A stretch of 59,172 nucleotides of DNA, filler included, from 4 parts of 4 records of this genome joined end to end with filler, not necessarily neighbours in it, one strand, 5' to 3'. Shown: positions 10,461 to 20,525, counted from the first letter of the whole stretch. Notes: generated by a model not told the origin, from the letters alone. Numbers and translations: made by a program.

Positions 10461-11696
10461 TCAGCCCGCACTGGTCTGTCGTGCAAGCGCCTTGCGGCTG
10501 ACCAGCACCATGACACCAATCATCGCCACGCAATAAACGCCCATTGCCGCAATTTGCGCCGAATACGGCACGCCCACATCGATCAGGGCGCCGGTCAGGC
10601 CCGGTCCCATTGCGGTGGCAGATACCATGAATGCAACAATCACCGAGCGAATGCCGCCAAGATGTCTGGTGCCGTAGAACTCTGGCCACAATGCGCCGAA
10701 GAGCGTCGATGAGAACCCGTAGGACACACCCATCAGCGCCATGAAGGCGTAGGCGCCCCAGGCAGCCTCTGTCGATGCCAGCACGAAGCACGACAGCGAC
10801 AACGGAATGAGGAATGTTGGCAGCAGCCGTGTCGCCGAAAACCGGTCGACCAGTTGCCCGGCAATCAACGCGAACAGAATCGTCATCGACGACATGATCG
10901 CAAACGAGGCTGCAAACACGCTTGGCGCCCAACCGCGCAGTTCCGACAGATAGACCTGATGAAAAAACACCGTGGTGCCGATGAAGGCCGGCGCCAGCAC
11001 ACCTGACAGCGATGCCCAGAACAGCGGATCGCGGATGACTTCCGAACGGGTCCAGTCACGCGCCGCCGGCCGATTCGGATCCTGCACAACCGATTGCGGC
11101 GTTCGCTCGACCTTGAGCAGCCCGTAAATCAGCGGCAGCGCCAGCAGCAGGAGCACAGCAGCCGCGACCAGCCATGAGCCGCGCCAGCCGACAAGGGCTG
11201 CCACGCCGACGAAACTGATCGGAAACACCGCCTCGCCAAAATTGACCCCGATGGCGGTCAGCGAAATCGCCCGGCCGCGCTGCGCCGCAAACCAGCGCCC
11301 CATCGCCGTCATGGCAATATGGGTGAACATGCCCTGCCCGAACAGCCTCAACAGATAGATCGAGACCACCAGCAACGCCAGCGAATTTGACCAGGCCATC
11401 AGCAGGCAGGCGATGGCTAGCACGGGGGCGGCAAGAGCCACGGTCGAGGCAACCGAGATCCGGTCGACGATCTTGCCGATCTGCGGCAACGTCGCTGCAC
11501 TTGCCAGCGTCGCCAGCATGTAGAGCGTGCCGAACCCACCATGGCTCAACCCATATTCGGAGCGGATTTCACCAGCCGACAGCGAGATGAAATAGGTCTG
11601 CCCGAAGGACGAAAAAAACGTCAGCAAAAACCCGCCGGCAACCCAGCGGCCATTGTCGCGCAGAAATGACAGGAGCTGTGTCAAGGAAAGGCCCAC
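10461..11696 (-). CDS. MFS transporter
   Basis: About 12 hydrophobic segments; SSFGQTYFISL, GKIVDR and GQLVDRF motif-A loops; start approximate. Confidence 0.85.
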   Translation of the reverse strand: MGLSLTQLLSFLRDNGRWVAGGFLLTFFSSFGQTYFISLSAGEIRSEYGLSHGGFGTLYMLATLASAATLPQIGKIVDRISVASTVALAAPVLAIACLLMAWSNSLALLVVSIYLLRLFGQGMFTHIAMTAMGRWFAAQRGRAISLTAIGVNFGEAVFPISFVGVAALVGWRGSWLVAAAVLLLLALPLIYGLLKVERTPQSVVQDPNRPAARDWTRSEVIRDPLFWASLSGVLAPAFIGTTVFFHQVYLSELRGWAPSVFAASFAIMSSMTILFALIAGQLVDRFSATRLLPTFLIPLSLSCFVLASTEAAWGAYAFMALMGVSYGFSSTLFGALWPEFYGTRHLGGIRSVIVAFMVSATAMGPGLTGALIDVGVPYSAQIAAMGVYCVAMIGVMVLVSRKALARQTSAG

Positions 11697-11784
11697 CCGA
11701 GATTGACTCCGGCGGGTCTGCAAATCTGTTTGCAACCGCACCGCGGGTTCGCCCTAACTCAATCCGGGCCATGTGGCTATGGCT

Positions 11785-12523
11785 TCAGCGCATTGTCCGC
11801 CGCATTTCATCGAAAGATTTGAAGCTGCACCCGGCATGTTTGCCCTTGACCACCGTGTAGGTGCCCGTCGGGGTTCTGCTGATAGACAGAGTTCCGGATC
11901 TTGCCCTGTACCTGCTTGGAGGATGTGACCCTCTGCGCTGCTAGCGCTGTTTTGGAAGGGCGTGCCGCAGGCCGGTTTGCAGACGGCTCCGGTCGCAACC
12001 GTGCCACCCGGCGATCGGGTTCCGGCGACACCGCTGGCGCCTGCATCCGTTCCATGTGTTGCGACGGAGGCTGTGGAGCGTCGATGGGCCGCGCCGATAC
12101 CTGAGCCGGTGGCTGCGGCTCAACATAGCCCGCACTTTCAAGCGTTCTTGCAACCAGAGCCGGAAGGGCCGACTTGTCGTTCAGCGCCAGATATTTTTCA
12201 GCCAGTTGTTCCTCGTACTGAGGTCCGAAGGAACGGACACGGCCTGCTGCGGCCCGAATGTCCGGATCGACGTCAATCAACGCCTGCCAGCGAATCCACA
12301 TGTTGCCGTTCGTGTTGCGGTATCCGGAACCGCCTTCGCCCCGACCTTCGCCGTGAGCGTCGCCCGCAATCAACAAGATCACGATCCCCAGAAGCGGCAG
12401 AAAGAAACAAATCAAGCCCCATAGAGCGGCATCTCGATGGCGCCGGCGAGCCATCCCCGCGCCGATAACAGCAAAACCAAGCCACAATAGAAAAAACAAC
12501 ACGGGCAAGAAAAAGAACACCAT
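11785..12523 (-). CDS. Hypothetical membrane protein with probable single-base frameshift near its 3' end
   Basis: Two N-terminal TM helices, Pro-rich linker. ORF as called stops at 11807; removing one C at 11864-11866 gives NPDGTYTVVKGKHAGCSFKSFDEMRRTMR* ending at 11785 with GC3-rich codons. Confidence 0.6.
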
Positions 12524-12640
12524 CCCTACGATTCCCTCAGAAAATAAAGATCAGTACACAACATTTTTTGCTGACAACCGCCAACAAAACAAGATCTTAT
12601 CTGCAGAGATGCCTGAATACAGTTCTTTTTCGCGTGCAGA

Positions 12641-12884
12641 TCATCTGTCTCTGAACCGGTTGGTGATCGGATAGCGGCGGTCGCGGCCGAAGTTCTTGCG
12701 GGTGATCTTGACGCCCGGCGCCGACTGGCGGCGCTTGTATTCGGCGATATAAAGCAAGTGCTCGATGCGGTGCACGGTGGCCACGTCATGGCCGCGCGCC
12801 ACGATCTCGTCGACGCGCATCTCGTGCTCGACCAGACATTCGAGAATATCGTCAAGCACCGGATAGGGCGGCAGCGAATCCTGA
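12641..12884 (-). CDS. nadE: NAD+ synthase, C-terminal fragment (5' truncated by contig end)
   Basis: QDSLPPYPVLDDIL...AEYKRRQSAPGVKITRKNFGRDRRYPITNRF. Confidence 0.93.
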
Positions 12885-12984
12885 NNNNNNNNNNNNNNNN
12901 NNNNNNNNNNNNNNNNNNNNNNNNNNNNTTAATTAATTAANNNNNNNNNNNNNNNNNNNNNNNNNNNNNNNNNNNNNNNNNNNN
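12885..12984. other. Artificial contig linker
   Basis: 44 N + TTAATTAATTAA (stops in all six frames) + 44 N. Confidence 0.98.
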
Positions 12985-13428
12985 GAACCGCCAGCCGATG
13001 GTGGTGTCATAGACGGCATTGTTGCGCGAAAACGCGGTTTCGGCTTTGGGCATTACAAACGGCGCGCGTGTCATGCTTTCAACGCCGCCAGCAATCGCTA
13101 GATCCATATCGCCTGCCTTGATCGCGCGGGCGGCGGCACCGACGGCATCCATGCCCGACGCGCACAAACGGTTGATCGTGGCACCCGGCACATCCACTGG
13201 CAGCCCAGCAAGCAATGCGGCCATACGCGCCACGTTACGGTTATCTTCGCCCGCTTGGTTGGCACAGCCAAAGATCACATCGTCCACCTTTGACCAATCC
13301 AGATCGGGGTGGCGTGCCATCAGCGCGGCGATCGGCACAGCCGCCAGATCATCGGCCCTAACCGATGACAAAGCCCCGCCAAAACGGCCAATGGGTGTGC
13401 GCTGCGCGTCACAAATGAAAGCGTCCAT
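12985..13428 (-). CDS. pcaF: 3-oxoadipyl-CoA thiolase (PcaF/PaaJ family), 3' truncated
   Basis: RTPIGRFGGALSSVRADDL, GCANQAGEDNRNVARM, NRLCASG catalytic Cys, DTTIGWRF. Confidence 0.85.
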
Positions 13429-13484
13429 GAAAGTCTCCCTTGATTAATGAGCTTAGGGATAGTCGCGATTCGCCGCAACTTAAA

Positions 13485-13522
13485 TGTTACTTAAACAGTA
13501 AGTATTGTAATAATATGTAACA
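13485..13522. promoter_or_regulatory. Candidate operator upstream of thiolase: TGTTAC-N26-GTAACA
   Basis: Inverted 6-bp half sites in an AT-rich island 57-94 nt upstream of the thiolase ATG. Confidence 0.4.
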
Positions 13523-13653
13523 CAATAGAAACGTCAATATAAGGCAGCATTCGCGCGGTCCCGGAGGGCCGAGGCCACGCGTTTAGGGTCGCTGGACGCG
13601 ACGTAAGTATATGAAAGAAGGCAGGATAAGTGGCAGCCGCTCAATGCTGCGGC

Positions 13654-14265
13654 TTACATCTCGACGCCGTTTTGCGCTTTGATACCATCACGGAACGGAT
13701 GCTTGACCAAGTTCATTTCAGTGACCAGATCGGCAGCTTCGATCAGTTCGGGCTTGGCGTTGCGGCCGGTCAGGCAAACATGGGTCATCGCCGGTTTTTG
13801 GTGCAGCAAGAAATCTACCACCTCGTCGATGTCCAGATAATCATAACGCAGCGCGATGTTGATCTCGTCCAGCAGAACGAATTGAATTTCCGGGTCCAGG
13901 ATCTGCTCTTTGGCGATCTTCCAGCCGTTTTGCGCGGCAGCGATGTCACGTTCACGGTCTTGAGTTTCCCAAGTGAACCCTTCGCCCGACACGAAAAATC
14001 GGCATTCATCGGCAAAACGTTCGGTCAGGAACTTGCGCTCTCCGGTGACCCAATTGCCCTTGATGAACTGCACGACGGCGCAGGGCATACCATGTGCAAT
14101 GCAGCGCATAATCATACCAAACCCCGAGGATGATTTTCCCTTGCCTGCACCGGTATGAACGATGATCAGACCCTTTTCGTCGGTCTTGGTCTGCATCATC
14201 TTATCGCGCGCGGTTTTAATTTTGCGCATCTTTTCGGTGTGGCGGGCGTTGATGTCCTCGGTCAT
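13654..14265 (-). CDS. cobO: Cob(I)yrinic acid a,c-diamide adenosyltransferase
   Basis: HTGAGKGKSSSGFG, QFIKG, GEGFTWETQ, LDEINI, LTGRNA, KHPF; GAGGA RBS. Confidence 0.95.
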   Translation of the reverse strand: MTEDINARHTEKMRKIKTARDKMMQTKTDEKGLIIVHTGAGKGKSSSGFGMIMRCIAHGMPCAVVQFIKGNWVTGERKFLTERFADECRFFVSGEGFTWETQDRERDIAAAQNGWKIAKEQILDPEIQFVLLDEINIALRYDYLDIDEVVDFLLHQKPAMTHVCLTGRNAKPELIEAADLVTEMNLVKHPFRDGIKAQNGVEM

Positions 14266-14280
14266 TGGGTGTCCTCGTTC

Positions 14281-14309
14281 TTGACAAGTCTTATCGATTA
14301 GGACCATCT
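14281..14309 (+). promoter_or_regulatory. Probable sigma70 promoter of the riboswitch-cob operon
   Basis: Perfect TTGACA -35 hexamer about 35 nt upstream of riboswitch P1; -10 is weak. Confidence 0.5.
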
Positions 14310-14316
14310 GCCCTTA

Positions 14317-14496
14317 TGCTGGTTCCTGTGTAAACAGGTGAAAAGGGAATGTGTATCCGGTTTTGTACCGGCAAATACAGCCGCCCCCGCGACCGTGAAC
14401 GGATTGAGGAGGATCAACGCCACTGGCCAAAGGCTGGGAAGGCAGATCCACCGTGGGCCACCGCCCGACAACCGTGAGCCGGGAGACCTGCCAGCA
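14317..14496 (+). ncRNA. Cobalamin (B12) riboswitch
   Basis: P1 TGCTGG...CCAGCA; AAAAGGGAA, GCCCCCGCGACCGTGA, GCCACTGG...CTGGGAAGGC, B12 box GAGCCGGGAGACCTGCC. Confidence 0.95.
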
Positions 14497-14603
14497 CGAG
14501 ATGCCAAGACCGGACGGGGTGTTCCGGTGTCGGGGTTTGTTCCGCGTGCCGGTTCGCCTCGTCATCAGACCCGCGTTCCATTTACCAGATGGGACCGAGG
14601 ACC

Positions 14604-15014
14604 ATGAAAGATACTGAACAAAACGCCGCTGGCGGCGGGCAGCCAACACAGCTTTTGGTTTGCGTTAAATGTCGTCGCGGCCAAGAAGCGCCGGAAGACG
14701 ACCGGCGGCCCGGCCAAGCGCTGTATGACCGGATCGTAGCGCTTGATCTGCCCGATGGCGTTCAGGTGGCCCCGGTCGAATGTCTGCAAAACTGCGATCA
14801 CGGGTGCACCGTTGCCCTGCGCGGGGACAGCGACAAATGGACCTATGTTTTTGCCAATGTCGATGAAGCCGACCACCCCGAGATGATCTTGGACGGGGCC
14901 GCGCGCTATCATGCGACCCGCGATGGTCTGATCCCGTGGCGCGAACGCCCCGAACATTTCAAACGCAATTGCGTTGCCCGTATTCCCCCTCTTTCCCAAC
15001 CGCTGGAGTCCTGA
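14604..15014 (+). CDS. DUF1636 family putative metal-binding protein
   Basis: LLVCVKC...VECLQNCDHGCTVA...KWTYVF...GLIPWRERPEHFKRNCVARIPP. Confidence 0.88.
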   Translation: MKDTEQNAAGGGQPTQLLVCVKCRRGQEAPEDDRRPGQALYDRIVALDLPDGVQVAPVECLQNCDHGCTVALRGDSDKWTYVFANVDEADHPEMILDGAARYHATRDGLIPWRERPEHFKRNCVARIPPLSQPLES

Positions 15015-15015
15015 G

Positions 15016-16074
15016 ATGACTGATTTTGCAAAATTGCCTGTAACCGTGATCACCGGCTTTCTGGGGTCCGGTAAAACAACATTGATCCGCAACCTGATGC
15101 AAAACCCCGGCGGCAAACGTCTGGCGATCATCGTCAACGAATTCGGCGATGTGGGTGTTGATGGTGATATCCTGAAAAGCTGCGCCATCCCCGACTGCCC
15201 CGAGGAAAACATTCTGGAACTGGCGAATGGGTGCATTTGCTGCACCGTTGCCGATGATTTCATTCCCACGATCGAGGCATTGATGGCGCTGAACCCGCGC
15301 CCCGATCACATCTTGATCGAAACCTCTGGTCTGGCATTGCCCAAGCCGCTTTTGAAAGCGTTTGATTGGCCTGATATCCGGTCGAAAATCACTGTTGATG
15401 GTGTTATTGCGCTTGCCGATGCCGAAGCCGTCGCAGCAGGGCGTTTCGCGCCCAATGTTGCAGCAGTGGATGCGCAGCGTATCGCGGACGAAAGCATTGA
15501 CCATGAAACGCCATTGTCCGAAGTCTTTGAAGATCAGATTTCCTGTGCCGATATTATTCTTCTGACCAAGCCTGATCTGGCTGGCCCCGAGGGCGTTGCC
15601 AAAGCCAAAGCATTGATCAATGCAGAAACGCCGCGCCCGTTGCCCATCATCGAGGTGGCCGAAGGTGTGGTTGATCCACGGATCATTCTGGGCCTTGAGG
15701 CCGCAGCAGAGGACGACATGGACGCCCGCCCCAGCCATCACGACGGGCATGATGATCACGAACATGACGATTTTGAATCAATTGTTGTGGATATTCCTGA
15801 ACAGACCGACCCTGCCGCCTTGGTTGCGGCCATCGAAGGCTTGGCGCGTGACCACAACATTCTGCGGATCAAGGGATATGCCGCTGTGACCGGCAAGCCG
15901 ATGCGTCTGTTGGTGCAGGCCGTCGGCGCGCGGGTGCGGCATCAATATGACCGGCCATGGGGCGCTGACGAGGCTCGCCAAGGCCGCCTTGTCGTGATTG
16001 CAGAGCATGATGATATCGCCCCCGACGTGATCCGCGCCGCCTTGGGTGCTGTGCAAAGCCAGGCCGCCGAGTAA
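15016..16074 (+). CDS. cobW: Cobalamin biosynthesis GTPase/metallochaperone CobW
   Basis: GFLGSGKTT, NEFG, GCICC, ETSGLA, His-rich SHHDGHDDHEHDDF. Confidence 0.95.
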   Translation: MTDFAKLPVTVITGFLGSGKTTLIRNLMQNPGGKRLAIIVNEFGDVGVDGDILKSCAIPDCPEENILELANGCICCTVADDFIPTIEALMALNPRPDHILIETSGLALPKPLLKAFDWPDIRSKITVDGVIALADAEAVAAGRFAPNVAAVDAQRIADESIDHETPLSEVFEDQISCADIILLTKPDLAGPEGVAKAKALINAETPRPLPIIEVAEGVVDPRIILGLEAAAEDDMDARPSHHDGHDDHEHDDFESIVVDIPEQTDPAALVAAIEGLARDHNILRIKGYAAVTGKPMRLLVQAVGARVRHQYDRPWGADEARQGRLVVIAEHDDIAPDVIRAALGAVQSQAAE

Positions 16075-16080
16075 CCACAT

Positions 16081-19000
16081 ATGCATGTCATATTTCGGGA
16101 AAGCCATGGGTTGGAGGAGACCGACACACCAACAGATCTGGGGCAGGACGCCGCAGATTTGGTGGTGCTGTCGCTTTCTGATTCCGATCTGGGGGCCTTT
16201 GCCGAAGGGTGGCATCGTGGCGGCGGTGCCGAGGGGCGTCTGCCATCGTTGCGACTGGCAAATATCGCCGCGCTAAAGCATCCGCTGTCCGTCGATACCT
16301 ATGTGGAAAATACGCTGTCTGGCGCGAAGGGTATATTGATCCGTCTGATTGGCGGGGTGCCCTATTGGCCCTACGGGCTGCAACAGATTCGCGCGTTGGC
16401 GCAGTCACGCGGGATCGCGCTGGCGGTGTTACCTGCCGATGGTCGCTCCGATAGCCGTCTTGATGAAATGTCGACATTGCCTGTCTCGACGCTGCGCAGG
16501 TTATCGCATCTGTGCACAACGGGCGGCGTGGTCGCGGCGCAGGCCGCGTTGGCGCAGTTGGCGTTGGCGGCAGGGTTATATGCGGGGCCTGTGCAGGGGG
16601 CCAAAGGGTTGCCGCCTGTTGGGGCTTGGACCCCTGAAACCGGGCCCGCCTGCCCGTTGGTCGCACTGGGGCAACCCCCGGCGTTGGCAGGGCGGTCGCG
16701 GATCGTGATCGTTTTCTATCGCTCGTATCTGGTGGCGGCTGACCTTGCGCCGATTACCGCGCTGTTTGACGCATTCCGCCAGCGCGGATGTGATGTGATC
16801 GCGTTGTTTGCCCCCTCGCTCAAGACACCTGACGCGGCGGGTTGGCTGCGCAGGCAGATCGCGCAACTGGCCCCCAGTGCCATCGTTAACGCCACCGCAT
16901 TTTCCGGCAAGGGCGACGATGGCAACTCACCCCTTGATGCCGGCGGCGTACCGGTGTTTCAGGTGGCGCTGGCCACCTCTACTCGCGCCGCGTGGCAAGA
17001 AGCCGAACGCGGTTTATCCCCCGCTGACCTTGCGATGCATGTTGTCCTGCCCGAGGTCGACGGCCGTATTCTGGCCGGTGTCGCCTCGTTCAAACAACCG
17101 GGCCTGCGTGATGACCATCTGCAATTTTCCCGCTACGCCCATCAGCCCGACCCCAGCCGGATTACTGCGATTGTCGGGCGCGTCATGGGCTGGCTTGATC
17201 TGGCGGCCAAGGCCCCGCAAGCGCGGCGCGTGGCGCTGGTTCTGTCGACCTACCCGGGCAAGGATTGGAATATGGGCCATGCGGTTGGTCTTGATGCGCC
17301 CCAATCGGCCACCGCCATTCTGGAAGACCTGACCGCTGCCGGATATCAGACCGGATCGCCGGAACAGGCTGCTGATTTGCCCCTGCAAGACGCCTTGCTG
17401 GCCCGCAGCGCCCGCTGGCCATTGGACGATTACAAAGCCGCGTTGGCGCGCCTGCCGCAGCAAATGATCGATGATCTTGAGGAAGCTTGGGGTGCCCCCG
17501 AGGAAGATACAGACGTCAAAGACGGCGCATTTTGCTTTGCCGCCGTTCAGCGCGGGCATGTCATGACGGCACTGCAGCCCGAACGCGGCAGCACTCAGGG
17601 GCGCGAGGACAGTTATCATGATCTGTCGCGGGTGCCGCGCCATGCCTATGTGGCCTTTTATCTGTGGCTGCAGCAGGAATGTGATGTGCTGATCCATATC
17701 GGTGCCCATGGCACGCTGGAATGGCTGCCGGGTAAATCAGTGGCGTTGTCGGACGCATGTTGGCCCGAAGCGCTGACCGGATCGCTGCCGGTGATCTATC
17801 CGTTTATTGTCAACGATCCCGGCGAGGCCGCGCAGGCAAAACGGCGCATTGGGGCCGTGACGCTGGGCCATATCCCGCCGCCGATGCAGGTCAGTGAAAC
17901 ACCGGATCGTTTGGCCCGGCTCGAGGCGTTGCTAGATGAATTTTCGAACGCGGATGGGCTGGACCCGCGCCGCCGTGACAGGTTGCAGGGGGATATCCGC
18001 GCCGAAGCACAGGCGCAGGGTGTCGAAGCCGATCTGGGGCTGGATGACGCGTCGTGCAGCGCCGAGGCGATTGGCCGGATTGACCGCTTTGTCTGTGATA
18101 TCAAGGAAAGCCAGTTCGGCGTTGGTCTGCACATCTGGGGCCGCCCGCCTGCAAGTGGTACGGCGTTTGCGACTGAAAGCTCGGTTCAGGGGGAACGCCG
18201 CGCGCTTTTGGATGCGCTGGACGGGCGGCGCATTGCCCCCGGCCCGTCAGGATCACCCTATCGCGGGCGGCGCGATGTACTGCCCACCGGGCGCAACCTG
18301 TTCACGACCGATCCGCGCGCGGTGCCTACGCGGGCGGCCTATGCGCAGGGCGTGGTGCTGGCGCAGGAACTGGTGCGGCGGCATTTACAAGACGAAGGCG
18401 ACTGGCCGCGCGGCGTGATCGTTGATCTGTGGGGGTCGGCCACCATGCGCACCGCAGGCGAGGAATTCGCCATGGCGCTGGCGTTGCTTGGGGTACGCCC
18501 GATCTGGGACGCAGGATCAGAGCGCGTTTCCGGGATCGAGGTTTTGCCGATCGCCGAGTTGGACCGCCCCCGTGTTGATGTGACGCTGCGGGTGTCTGGC
18601 CTGTTCCGCGATGTGTTTCCGACGTTGTCCGCGCTTTATGCGCAAGCGGTGCGCGCCCTTGCCACCCGCGAAGAGGCGGCGGATTGGAACCCGTTTGCCG
18701 GGCGTGCCGATCTTGCCCGTGTGTACGGGCCTGCGCCGGGCCAGTTCGGGTTCGGCATGGGGGCCGCGCTGGAAATTTATGACGATGCCAGCAGGCGCGC
18801 GGCGGGGGAGGCATGGCTAAAGGCCAGCAGTTGGGCATTGGATGGCGACGCCGCAGTGCAAGACCCCAGCGGGATCGCCAGCCGCGTGGCGGGTGCCGAC
18901 AGTTTTGTCCACCTTCAGGATTTGCCGGAAACCGATCTGTTGCTTGCCAGCGATTATGCCACCCACGAGGCAGGCTTTGCCGCCGCTCAGCGGGTCACCG

Positions 19001-19398
19001 GCGGGCAGGCCAAGCTGTATCATCTGGACAATACCGACCCCGATCATCCCCGTGCACGCGGTCTGACCGAAGAAATTGCCCGCGTGGTGCATGCCCGTGC
19101 GGCGCATCCCGGCTGGATTGCGGGTATGAAACGGCATGGATTTCGTGGCGCAGCCGAGATGGCGGCGACCTTGGATCATATGGCCAGCTTTGCCCATTTG
19201 GCGGGGGCAGTACCGTCGCATTTGTTTGATTTGTACCATGATGCCACCTTGGGCGATCCTGAAACCGATGACTTCTTGCGTGATGCGAATCCGCAGGCCC
19301 ATGCGGCGATGCAGGCGCGGTTTGCAGCCTTGCTGCAGGCCGGGCTATGGCAAACGCGACGCAATTCGGTGTTGGCGGGTCTGGAGGCATTGCCGTGA
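16081..19398 (+). CDS. cobN: Cobaltochelatase subunit CobN
   Basis: HPLSVDTY, LPEVDGRI, HIGAHGTLEWLPGKS, VNDPGEAAQAKRR, LPTGRN, RVSGLFRD. Confidence 0.95.
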   Translation: MHVIFRESHGLEETDTPTDLGQDAADLVVLSLSDSDLGAFAEGWHRGGGAEGRLPSLRLANIAALKHPLSVDTYVENTLSGAKGILIRLIGGVPYWPYGLQQIRALAQSRGIALAVLPADGRSDSRLDEMSTLPVSTLRRLSHLCTTGGVVAAQAALAQLALAAGLYAGPVQGAKGLPPVGAWTPETGPACPLVALGQPPALAGRSRIVIVFYRSYLVAADLAPITALFDAFRQRGCDVIALFAPSLKTPDAAGWLRRQIAQLAPSAIVNATAFSGKGDDGNSPLDAGGVPVFQVALATSTRAAWQEAERGLSPADLAMHVVLPEVDGRILAGVASFKQPGLRDDHLQFSRYAHQPDPSRITAIVGRVMGWLDLAAKAPQARRVALVLSTYPGKDWNMGHAVGLDAPQSATAILEDLTAAGYQTGSPEQAADLPLQDALLARSARWPLDDYKAALARLPQQMIDDLEEAWGAPEEDTDVKDGAFCFAAVQRGHVMTALQPERGSTQGREDSYHDLSRVPRHAYVAFYLWLQQECDVLIHIGAHGTLEWLPGKSVALSDACWPEALTGSLPVIYPFIVNDPGEAAQAKRRIGAVTLGHIPPPMQVSETPDRLARLEALLDEFSNADGLDPRRRDRLQGDIRAEAQAQGVEADLGLDDASCSAEAIGRIDRFVCDIKESQFGVGLHIWGRPPASGTAFATESSVQGERRALLDALDGRRIAPGPSGSPYRGRRDVLPTGRNLFTTDPRAVPTRAAYAQGVVLAQELVRRHLQDEGDWPRGVIVDLWGSATMRTAGEEFAMALALLGVRPIWDAGSERVSGIEVLPIAELDRPRVDVTLRVSGLFRDVFPTLSALYAQAVRALATREEAADWNPFAGRADLARVYGPAPGQFGFGMGAALEIYDDASRRAAGEAWLKASSWALDGDAAVQDPSGIASRVAGADSFVHLQDLPETDLLLASDYATHEAGFAAAQRVTGGQAKLYHLDNTDPDHPRARGLTEEIARVVHARAAHPGWIAGMKRHGFRGAAEMAATLDHMASFAHLAGAVPSHLFDLYHDATLGDPETDDFLRDANPQAHAAMQARFAALLQAGLWQTRRNSVLAGLEALP

Positions 19399-20519
19399 CC
19401 CAAGCGCCCATGGTCAAAGGTTGGTGCCCCGGTGCCTATCAGCCAATGATGGCAGCCGATGGGCTGGTCATGCGGGTGCGGCCTAAACTGGCGCGGATCA
19501 CGGTGGATCAGGCGGCGGGGCTGTGCGATATCGCCCTGCGCTATGGGTCGGGTCATATTGATCTGACCAACCGTGCTAATCTGCAAATACGCGGTGTGGC
19601 CGAGGCCGATCATGACGCCGTTTTGATGGGGTTGGGCGGGCTGGGCCTGCTGGACGAAGACCCCGCGATGGAACGTCGCCGAAATATCCTGGTCGCGCCA
19701 TTTTGGACAACCGGCGATATGACGGCGACCCTGACCGCGCAGCTTTTGACGGGTTTGGGGGATTTACCGGAATTGCCAACCAAGGTGGGTTTTGCCGTTG
19801 ATTGTGACCCCGCTGGCCCGCTGCTGAGCCACGATCCTGCCGACATACGGCTGGAACAAGCCGACGATGGCCTGATCCTGCGGGCCGATGGCTGTGCCGC
19901 TGGCCGCCCCGTTACCATACAAACCGCAATCCCTGCGTTGATCGAAATGGCGGTTTGGTTGGCGGATCACGTCACACCGCAGGCCCGTCGCATGGCGGCT
20001 GTTGTGGCTGGCACCCCCTTGCCCAAGGCATGGGCGGTTAAGCCCCCTTTGACACCACAGCCGCGCCCGCAATTGGGTACCACTTTCGGTGGGCCCCTGA
20101 TCGGTGCGCCGTTTGGGCAAATCGACGCGCGCGCCTTGGTGCGGGTGCTTGGCGATGCGCAGGGGCTGCGGGTCACACCATGGCGGGCCTTTGTGCTTGA
20201 AGGGGCGGCACCGCCCAACGATCCCGCCTTTGTCACCACCGGAGATGATCCGTTGATGCGCGTCGATGCCTGCCCCGGTGCGCCGCTTTGTGCATCGGCC
20301 AGCGTGGAAACCCGCGATCTGGCGCGGCGACTGGCACCTATGGTCGCGGGCAGCTTGCATGTGTCGGGCTGCGCCAAAGGCTGTGCGCGGGCGCGGCTGG
20401 CTGACCTTACCCTCGTCGGGCGGGACGGGACATTTGATCTTGTGCGGGGGGGCCACGCAGGTGATACCCCCCTTAAAACAGGGCTAAGCCCTGATAAATT
20501 GCTGACCGGAGAATTCTGA
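19395..20519 (+). CDS. cobG: Precorrin-3B synthase
   Basis: KGWCPG, DGLVMRVRP, LTNRANLQIRG, ACPGAPLC and HVSGCAKGCA Fe-S motifs; GTGA overlap with cobN. Confidence 0.9.
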   Translation: MTQAPMVKGWCPGAYQPMMAADGLVMRVRPKLARITVDQAAGLCDIALRYGSGHIDLTNRANLQIRGVAEADHDAVLMGLGGLGLLDEDPAMERRRNILVAPFWTTGDMTATLTAQLLTGLGDLPELPTKVGFAVDCDPAGPLLSHDPADIRLEQADDGLILRADGCAAGRPVTIQTAIPALIEMAVWLADHVTPQARRMAAVVAGTPLPKAWAVKPPLTPQPRPQLGTTFGGPLIGAPFGQIDARALVRVLGDAQGLRVTPWRAFVLEGAAPPNDPAFVTTGDDPLMRVDACPGAPLCASASVETRDLARRLAPMVAGSLHVSGCAKGCARARLADLTLVGRDGTFDLVRGGHAGDTPLKTGLSPDKLLTGEF

Positions 20520-20525
20520 AACCTC

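Noticed and set aside
12929..12940. TTAATTAATTAA repeated three times in the window as a biological repeat or att site
   Set aside because: Always centred in 44+44 N runs; a six-frame-stop assembly linker
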